DNA of 64,000 nucleotides from Phycisphaerae bacterium (lineage in GTDB: Bacteria > Planctomycetota > Phycisphaerae > UBA1845 > Fen-1342), in the NCBI GenBank assembly GCA_963675745.2, contig CAXXWX010000026.1, positions 448,001 through 512,000 on the forward strand, given 5' to 3'. The position numbers and the translations under genes are program-made. The notes below the pieces were generated by a model. That model was not told the origin of the DNA and did not search any database. It was given only the letters and a program-made list of their open reading frames with translations. Shown in pieces: positions 57,547 through 64,000 of the stretch (within the stretch, counting starts at the first letter, position 1; each line of letters begins with the position of its first letter).

Positions 57547-58704
57547 ATGCCCCCTCGCAAAAAGACTCGCCAGGTTCTGGTCGGAAATGTCAGGCTCGGC
57601 GGCGATGCGCCGATCGTGCTTCAATCCATGACCAGCGGCCACACGCACGCGATCGATGCCTGCATCGCCGAGGTGCAGAAACTCGCCGCCGCCGGCGCCG
57701 ATCTGGTTCGCGTCGCCGTCCCCGACAAGAAGGACACAGAGGCCCTGCGGCAGATAATCGCCGCCAGCCCGGTGCCGATCGTCGCCGACGTACACTTTCA
57801 TTTTCAGCGCGCCCTCGAAGCGATCGAAGCGGGCGCTCACAAAATCCGCCTGAACCCCGGCAACATTCAGGACCGCGCCAAGGTCGAGCAGGTCATCGCC
57901 GCCTGCAAGGAACGCGGCATCCCGATCCGCATCGGCGTTAACGAAGGTGGTATCGTCGAGCGGCGCGACAAAGACCTGCGCGCGGCGGAGCAGCAGATGC
58001 TGCGCGGCGACCATCACGCCGGCTTGATCAAACTGATGCTCGACAAGCTGGCGGAGTATCTGCGGATTTTCGACGACAACGACTTTCACGACCTGGTGAT
58101 CAGCGCCAAGGGCATTGATCCGCGGCTCGTGATCGATGTCTACACCGCGATCAGCGAGCGCTGGGACTACCCCCTGCACCTGGGCGTAACGCACGCCGGC
58201 ACACCCGACACGGGGCGTATCCGTACGATCGCGGCGTTGGGGACGCTGCTGGCCAACGGCATCGGCGACACGATCCGGATCAGCTACGCCGCCGACCCGG
58301 TGTACGAGGTTGAGGACGGCAAGGAGTTACTGTGCACGCTCGGGCTGCGGGCACGAACGACGCCGGAGCTGATCGCCTGCCCGTCGTGCGGACGCATCGA
58401 GGTGGACTTGTTCAAGCTGGTCGAGGACGTCAAGCGCACGATCCTGACCGAGATCGGGCTGCCGATGAAGATCGCGGTGATGGGATGTGTCGTCAACGGC
58501 CCCGGCGAATGCGAAGGCGCCGACGTGGCGATCTTCGCCGGCAAGGGACGCGGGATCATCTATGTCCAGGGCCAACAGAAGGCGACCGTGACCGAAGACA
58601 AGATGCTCGAGGCGCTGCTGCACGAGTGTCGGGAGTTCGCGCGCCGAGTCGAGCGCGGCGAAGCGCGGCTCATCAACGCCCCAATGGACATCACGGCCCC
58701 GTAG
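57547..58704 (+). CDS. ispG: (E)-4-hydroxy-3-methylbut-2-enyl-diphosphate synthase
   Basis: QSMT, VADVHF, RLNPGNI, RIGVN, GIGDTIRIS, IACPSCGR, AVMGCVVNGPGE. Confidence 0.96.
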   Translation: MPPRKKTRQVLVGNVRLGGDAPIVLQSMTSGHTHAIDACIAEVQKLAAAGADLVRVAVPDKKDTEALRQIIAASPVPIVADVHFHFQRALEAIEAGAHKIRLNPGNIQDRAKVEQVIAACKERGIPIRIGVNEGGIVERRDKDLRAAEQQMLRGDHHAGLIKLMLDKLAEYLRIFDDNDFHDLVISAKGIDPRLVIDVYTAISERWDYPLHLGVTHAGTPDTGRIRTIAALGTLLANGIGDTIRISYAADPVYEVEDGKELLCTLGLRARTTPELIACPSCGRIEVDLFKLVEDVKRTILTEIGLPMKIAVMGCVVNGPGECEGADVAIFAGKGRGIIYVQGQQKATVTEDKMLEALLHECREFARRVERGEARLINAPMDITAP

Positions 58705-58836
58705 CGGCCGACGTCCCCGTCGGCCGTCCAAACACCGAAGGACGGTTCCACACATGTAGCGGCCTGCGCCCCGCAGGCCGTCGATGCGCGAAGAGGTCTG
58801 CGATATCGCCACGGCCTGCGAGGCGCAGGCCGCTAC
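58701..58836. repeat. REP class B cluster
   Basis: GTAGCGGCCGACGTCCCCGTCGGCCG (58701-58726); GTAGCGGCCTGCGCCCCGCAGGCCG (58756-58780) inverted with 58812-58836. Confidence 0.82.
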
Positions 58837-58894
58837 GGAGCATTACATCGGACCATTGAGTATTGCGCGGAACGTTGGCTCAACGGGCGGGCAA

Positions 58895-58965
58895 CTGGGG
58901 ATAGAGGATTCGAACCTCTACTAACTGATCCAGAGTCAGTCGTGCTACCATTACACCAATCCCCA
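58895..58965 (-). tRNA. tRNA-Gln(CTG)
   Basis: TGGGGAT/ATCCCCA acceptor stem, anticodon arm ACTGA-CTCTGGA-TCAGT, T arm AGAGG-TTCGAAT-CCTCT. Confidence 0.95.
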
Positions 58966-58983
58966 CGACCAGAACAGTTTACG

Positions 58984-59054
58984 GCCGGGATAGAGGATTC
59001 GAACCTCTACTAACTGATCCAGAGTCAGTCGTGCTACCATTACACCAATCCCCA
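58984..59054 (-). pseudogene. Duplicated tRNA-Gln(CTG) with disrupted 3' acceptor strand
   Basis: Identical to 58895-58965 except the 3' end reads ATCCCGGC instead of ATCCCCAG. Confidence 0.7.
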
Positions 59055-59162
59055 CGACGAGAACAGTTTACGGCCTGAACGGCCGGCGATCAACACCGTG
59101 TGCGCTGCTCTTGAGCGGGGCGGAAATCGGACTGGTGCCGGCGCCGCCGCTGATCGGCGCGC

Positions 59163-59666
59163 TCACAGCCAGCCGGCGATCGGCTGGACATGGCGGGCAA
59201 ACTCGCGCGTGGGCATGTTCACCGTGCCCCACTTGGGCGAGCGCATGCGTGCGTGAAGCTGATAATCGTCCAGCGGCACACCGGCAAACACGTAGCGCTC
59301 CTCCCGGAAGACATGGACGATGTCGGGTGGCGGCTCAGCTTCGACTTGCAGCCAGTAGGCGAAAACGAGCAGCGCCCGGAAACCGTCGCCGAACACACCC
59401 TGCCACTGGGCCAATCCGTCCAGATCATCCTGCGTCACCCAGTTTTCCCAGGCGGGCTTGCAGGTGCGCTTGCGGGCGGCCCAGCGCCGCCCTTTCACGT
59501 CGACCAGCCAGTTGGTGTTGCTCTGTGAGTAAACGATGAAGTCGAAGCTCTTGAGTTTGGCGTCGCGAAAGGCGGCCCGCTTGGCCTCGTCCACGGCGAC
59601 GTAGGGAACCTGTCGAGCGCGGAGATAGTCCTCGAAAGCGGCCTCGTAATGAACGTGCGATTTCAC
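59163..59666 (-). CDS. HYExAFE family protein (PD-(D/E)xK nuclease-like)
   Basis: N-terminal HYEAAFEDYLR, YVAVDEAKR, FDFIVY...LVDVKGR, WENWVT..DL. Confidence 0.85.
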   Translation of the reverse strand: MKSHVHYEAAFEDYLRARQVPYVAVDEAKRAAFRDAKLKSFDFIVYSQSNTNWLVDVKGRRWAARKRTCKPAWENWVTQDDLDGLAQWQGVFGDGFRALLVFAYWLQVEAEPPPDIVHVFREERYVFAGVPLDDYQLHARMRSPKWGTVNMPTREFARHVQPIAGWL

Positions 59667-59841
59667 GCCGACCCCTCGCTAGCCTCGCAGAGTGGGAACC
59701 GGCGCATTATGCGGCCGGCGCTCGTGATCGCCAAGTGAAGCCCGCCCAGCGCCTTGCCAAATGCGCGGCCAGCCCGGATATTCCGGCCTCGCGGGCGAAA
59801 GCCCGCCCTATGTGATCGAAGCAGATATGTGTGGAGTTCTC

Positions 59842-61395
59842 ATGGCACAGAGCACAGACAACCCGGCCGAGTCCGGCGACCTGGCCAATCACTACGAACG
59901 GCAACGCGCGGAGGTTCTCGCGCGCCGCGCGGCGGATTGGCGCAACGGGGCCATCGTCTACCAGGTGATCGTGGATCGCTTTGCCCCCGCGCTCGACCTC
60001 GACGCCAAACGACAGCTCTATCCCGCGCCCAAACGGCTACGTGAGTGGCACGAGAGCCCGGCGCGTGGCGAGAAGCTCGACGACGTGCAGGTTTGGAGCC
60101 ACGAAGTCGACTTCTGGGGTGGCGATCTTCAGAGCCTGCGCGGCAAGCTGGACTACGTCGAGGAAATCGGCGCCGACGTGCTTTATCTCAACCCGATCCA
60201 TAGCGCCTACACGAACCACAAGTACGACGCGCTGGATTACTTCGCCGTCTCGCCCGAATACGGCACGCGCGATGACGTAAAGGCCCTGGCCGACGATTGC
60301 CATCGCCGCGGGATGAAGCTGGTGCTCGATGGCGTCTTCAACCATGTCGGGCGCGCATCGGAGTGGTTTCAGCAGGCGATCAATGACGCAGACAGCCCGT
60401 TGCGCGAGTGGTTCTACATCGGCGATCAGTATGAGTTCGGCTATCGCGGCTGGGCGAATGTCAAAAACCTGCCCGAGCTGCGCCTCGAAAACCCCGCCTT
60501 GCAGGCCAGGATATTCGGCGACGCCGATTCGGTGGTACAAGGCTATCTGCGCGACGGCGTTGACGGTTGGCGGCTTGATGTCGCCTTTGATATTGGTTTT
60601 GTGATCCTCGACAAACTAACCACGGCCGCCCACGCGGCCAAGCCCGGCTCGCTCGTCGTCGGCGAGATCTGGAGTTACCCCGAGGAGTGGGCTCCGGCGC
60701 TAGACGCCGTGATGAACTTCCACGCGCGTCAGATCATTCTGCACCTGGCGCGCGGGCATATGTCAGGCGCGCACGCGGGCCGCCTGCTGGAGCGCATGAT
60801 CACCGACGCGGGCCTGGACGCGATCCTCAAAAGCTGGATCATCCTCGACAACCACGACACGCGCCGGCTCAAGGCCGAACTGCCCGAACGTTGGCAACAG
60901 CGCCTGGCGCAGGCGCTTCAATTCACACTGCCGGGCTCGCCGTGTGTTTACTACGGCGTCGAGCTGGGCATGGATGGCGGGGACGATCCTTGTAACCGAG
61001 GTCCGATGCGCTGGGAGCTGGTCAGCGATAACAATGCGGATTTGCAGTGGATGCGGAAGCTGGTCGCGCTGCGACGCGGCAACCGCGCGCTGAAGTTGGG
61101 CGATTTCCGCCTGCTGGATTCCGAGCGGACTCTGGCGTTCATGCGCCGCACGGACCGGCTTCACGAGACGACTATTGTGGTCGCAAACGCGACCGACGGG
61201 GAACTGACCGACGTGATCCCGCTACGCGACTCCAAGCTGATGAACTGGGACAAGCTGCGCGACGAGTTGAGCGGAGTCGAAGCGATGGTGTTCTCAGGAA
61301 TGCTGCGCGTCACCGTGCCGCCGCGGACAGTCCGCGTGTTTCGGCCGATTATCGCGGACACGGGTGAATACTCGGCCCACAAGCGCGTGCAGTAG
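59842..61395 (+). CDS. GH13 alpha-amylase/cyclomaltodextrinase-like glycoside hydrolase
   Basis: YQVIVDRF, GGDL, YLNPI, DGVFNH, DGWRLDVA, GEIW, DNHD; GGAG RBS. Confidence 0.92.
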   Translation: MAQSTDNPAESGDLANHYERQRAEVLARRAADWRNGAIVYQVIVDRFAPALDLDAKRQLYPAPKRLREWHESPARGEKLDDVQVWSHEVDFWGGDLQSLRGKLDYVEEIGADVLYLNPIHSAYTNHKYDALDYFAVSPEYGTRDDVKALADDCHRRGMKLVLDGVFNHVGRASEWFQQAINDADSPLREWFYIGDQYEFGYRGWANVKNLPELRLENPALQARIFGDADSVVQGYLRDGVDGWRLDVAFDIGFVILDKLTTAAHAAKPGSLVVGEIWSYPEEWAPALDAVMNFHARQIILHLARGHMSGAHAGRLLERMITDAGLDAILKSWIILDNHDTRRLKAELPERWQQRLAQALQFTLPGSPCVYYGVELGMDGGDDPCNRGPMRWELVSDNNADLQWMRKLVALRRGNRALKLGDFRLLDSERTLAFMRRTDRLHETTIVVANATDGELTDVIPLRDSKLMNWDKLRDELSGVEAMVFSGMLRVTVPPRTVRVFRPIIADTGEYSAHKRVQ

Positions 61396-61467
61396 CGTGC
61401 GGCTTGCCGCATTGTCTTACTGAATACCACACGAACACACGCAGCCCCGCCTCCGGAGGATTCTGTC

Positions 61468-62262
61468 GTGGACGAATCAGGTGGATATGCCGAGCAATTC
61501 GTTTCGGAGTTCTACGACCAGGTAACAACGTACGACGATCGGCCAGACGTTGCCTTCTGGGTCGATTACGCGCGCAAAGCCGCCGGTCCGGTGCTGGAAC
61601 TCGGCTGTGGCACGGGGCGTGTACTGATCCCAACCGCACGCGCGGGCTGCGAAATTACCGGGCTCGACCTGGCTGAACCGATGCTGAACGAGTGCCGTCG
61701 TCGGCTGGCCGCGGAACCGGACGACGTGCGCGAACGCGTCGAGCTGGTGTCAGGCGACATGCGCGACTTCGAGCTCAAACGACAGTTCAAGCTGATCACG
61801 ATCCCCTTTCGCCCGTTCCAGCACTTGGTGACCGTCGAAGACCAGATGGCTTGTCTGGCGTGCATCAGGCGACATCTGGCCGACGACGGCCGCTTCATTC
61901 TCGATCTCTTCAATCCGTCCATCCCCCACCTCGCCGATCAGGCCCGGCTGGAGGAGTACGGCGACGAGCCGGAATTTACCATGCCCGATGGCCGACGGGT
62001 GGTGCGTCGCGAGCGCGTACGTTCGCGCGATTACCACAACCAGGTCGCTCAGTGCGAGTTGATCTACCACGTCACCTATCCCGATGGCCGCACCGAGCGT
62101 CTCGTACACCGCTTCCCCATGCGCTATCTCTTCCGCTTTGAGACCGAACACCTGTTGGTCCGCTGCGGGTTCAGTGTCGAGAGCCTGTTCGGCGGCTACG
62201 ACAGGCAGCCATATGGTGAGGAATACCCCGGCGAACTGGTCTTCGTCGCAAGAAAGGCGTAG
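61468..62262 (+). CDS. Class I SAM-dependent methyltransferase
   Basis: VLELGCGTGRV, GLD, GDMRDF, GRFILDLF. Confidence 0.9.
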   Translation: MDESGGYAEQFVSEFYDQVTTYDDRPDVAFWVDYARKAAGPVLELGCGTGRVLIPTARAGCEITGLDLAEPMLNECRRRLAAEPDDVRERVELVSGDMRDFELKRQFKLITIPFRPFQHLVTVEDQMACLACIRRHLADDGRFILDLFNPSIPHLADQARLEEYGDEPEFTMPDGRRVVRRERVRSRDYHNQVAQCELIYHVTYPDGRTERLVHRFPMRYLFRFETEHLLVRCGFSVESLFGGYDRQPYGEEYPGELVFVARKA

Positions 62263-62324
62263 CGGCCGAACCCCGTGTCGGTCGTTGTTCAGACGGAAGT
62301 GGCGGCCGACGTCTTCGTCCGCTG
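62259..62324 (+). repeat. Degenerate REP class B copies
   Basis: GTAGCGGCCGAACCCCGTGTCGGTCG (62259) and GTGGCGGCCGACGTCTTCGTCCGCTG (62299). Confidence 0.55.
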
Positions 62325-62388
62325 AGGAACGCATGCGTCATCCGGCACCCCACCGCCGCCGCCGGCACACGATATGGAGCATTGAGTC

Positions 62389-63162
62389 ATGACGGACCCA
62401 GCGAACCTCAAGCCACTTGTCGTACGCATGAATTCCTTCGGCGTGAAGCTGGTGCTGGTGGATGTGGTCCACGGTCGGCGTCTGCTGCTGAATGACAGCA
62501 CGCGGCATGGCAGCCAGGCGCTGGACGCCGGCGCGCAGCCCGAACCGCTCGACTACTACCACCGTGAGGGACCGCTGGCCGACGTGTTCGCGGCGCGTAA
62601 CGCCATCGATCCCGGCGGTGCGGTGGGCATCATCGGCCTCGGGGTCGGCGCCATGGCCGCATATGCCGAACGCGGACAGCGATTCACGTTTTTCGAGATC
62701 GATCCGGCGGTGGCCGAGATCGCCAGTGACTCGCGCTACTTCGGCTTTCTGAGCTCCTGCCGCGGCCAGTGTGAAACACGCGTGGGCGACGGATTGGAGC
62801 TACTGAATGACACCACGCCGGGCCAGTTCGGCCTGCTGATTCTCGACGCATTCAGCGCCGACACCGTGCCCGAGCACCTGCTGACCAGCGCGGCGATTGA
62901 TGTGTACGCGTCCCGACTCGCCGAAGGCGGCTGGCTGCTGTTTCACACATCCAACGTACACATCGAACTGGCCCCCATTGTCGCCGGTCTGCTGAACGCC
63001 GCGCGATTGCACGGCCTGGCACGCGACGACCTGGCGATAAGCGACGAGGAACGCGCGCGTGGCAAACTGCCATCGCAATACATCATCGCCGCGCGCCAAG
63101 CCGCAGACCTGGGCTCCCTGACCACAAACCCGGCCTGGCACGCGCTGCCAGGCATTCAGTAA
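62389..63162 (+). CDS. Stand-alone spermidine-synthase-like methyltransferase domain
   Basis: NSFGV, HGSQ, YYHREGP, IGLGVG, FEIDP, GDG, LDAFSAD..PEHLLT. Confidence 0.8.
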   Translation: MTDPANLKPLVVRMNSFGVKLVLVDVVHGRRLLLNDSTRHGSQALDAGAQPEPLDYYHREGPLADVFAARNAIDPGGAVGIIGLGVGAMAAYAERGQRFTFFEIDPAVAEIASDSRYFGFLSSCRGQCETRVGDGLELLNDTTPGQFGLLILDAFSADTVPEHLLTSAAIDVYASRLAEGGWLLFHTSNVHIELAPIVAGLLNAARLHGLARDDLAISDEERARGKLPSQYIIAARQAADLGSLTTNPAWHALPGIQ

Positions 63163-63252
63163 TCCACCTCTCCGAATGGCGGCCTGCGCGCCGCGGGCTA
63201 TCGGAGCGGCGCGGCGTTTTGTGTGTTCGTTGGCCGACGAAAACGTCGGTTG

Positions 63253-64000
63253 CTACTTTGTCTTTCCCGGCCGCCAGACGGGGTCGTGCTCGTCGATCTT
63301 TGCCGGCTCGAACCAGCGGGTCAGCGTCATGCGCTGCTGGGTGTTGAAGGCGATGCCTTCCTTGCCCTGGATGTGCAGGTCGCCAAAGAACGAGCCCCTC
63401 CAGCCGGTGAACGGGAACCACGCCATCGGCGCCGGCACGCCGACATTGATTCCGATCATGCCGGCGCTGAAGCGGTGCTTGAATTCGCGCGCGGCCCGGC
63501 CATCGCGTGTGAAGATGACGGCTCCGTTGCCGTATTCGCACAGCGAACCGAGCTCAAATGCCTCTTCAAGCGTGTTAACGCGGGCAACCGAGAGCACCGG
63601 CCCGAAGATCTCCTCCTTCGCGACGCGCATGTGCGGCTTGACGTGGTCGATGATCGTCGGGCCGAGAAAGAACCCGTCGGGGGCGTCAGGCACACTGACC
63701 GAGCGGCCGTCGAGGGCCAGTGTGGCCCCCTCTTCGGTGGCGCCGTCAAGGTAACCCCGGACGCGATCGAGATGCGCGCGGCTGATCACCGGCCCCATGT
63801 CGACTTCCGCATCGGTATCGGTCCGGCCGGTCTTCATGGCCGCGGCGGCCTCGCACAGCCGGCCGACAAACTCGTCGGCCGCGGCCCCCACCGGCACAGC
63901 CAGGCTGCCGGCCATGCAGCGCTCGCCGGCGCAACCAAAGGCCGAGTGCTTCATCCCCCGCACGGTCGGGTCCATATCGGCGTCGGGCATAATGATGACG
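63253..64000 (-). CDS. mmsA: CoA-acylating methylmalonate-semialdehyde dehydrogenase (5' truncated by window edge)
   Basis: SAFGCAGERCMA, EEIFGPV, YGNGAVIFT, GINVGVPAPMAWFPFTGW. Confidence 0.9.
   Translation of the reverse strand, partial: VIIMPDADMDPTVRGMKHSAFGCAGERCMAGSLAVPVGAAADEFVGRLCEAAAAMKTGRTDTDAEVDMGPVISRAHLDRVRGYLDGATEEGATLALDGRSVSVPDAPDGFFLGPTIIDHVKPHMRVAKEEIFGPVLSVARVNTLEEAFELGSLCEYGNGAVIFTRDGRAAREFKHRFSAGMIGINVGVPAPMAWFPFTGWRGSFFGDLHIQGKEGIAFNTQQRMTLTRWFEPAKIDEHDPVWRPGKTK

Overview
GC-rich bacterial chromosome segment, most likely Planctomycetota (Phycisphaerae-like). This is inferred from an HYExAFE-family gene, a CGYNLRGL...CPECG zinc-ribbon membrane protein and a VPFxLKDVxLP C-terminal motif. 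About 27 kb (23881-51226, minus strand) is a flagellar basal-body, hook and export cluster with a sigma54 two-component pair and fliA. It lacks motA/motB, fliM and flhG at their usual positions. Housekeeping and envelope genes include murD, mgtC-like, ubiX, ubiA/mqnP, holA, WecA-like, O-antigen-ligase-like, ispG, a GH13 amylase and partial mmsA, plus tRNA-Arg(CCG) and a tandemly duplicated tRNA-Gln(CTG). Most interesting: (1) a two-gene split-borosin RiPP locus (55375-56845), with an OphMA/SonM-like alpha-N-methyltransferase carrying HGHP instead of YGHP and a precursor with an N-terminal LigA/BBD-like domain plus two internal 29-aa repeats; (2) an IS200-like HUH (Y1) transposase bracketed by inverted multi-hairpin REP-like ends, an adjacent internally deleted copy and a distant transposase-free copy; (3) at least five further GTAG/GTGG-type REP classes, some supplying stop codons. 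All assignments are by eye from motifs; no database searches were run.
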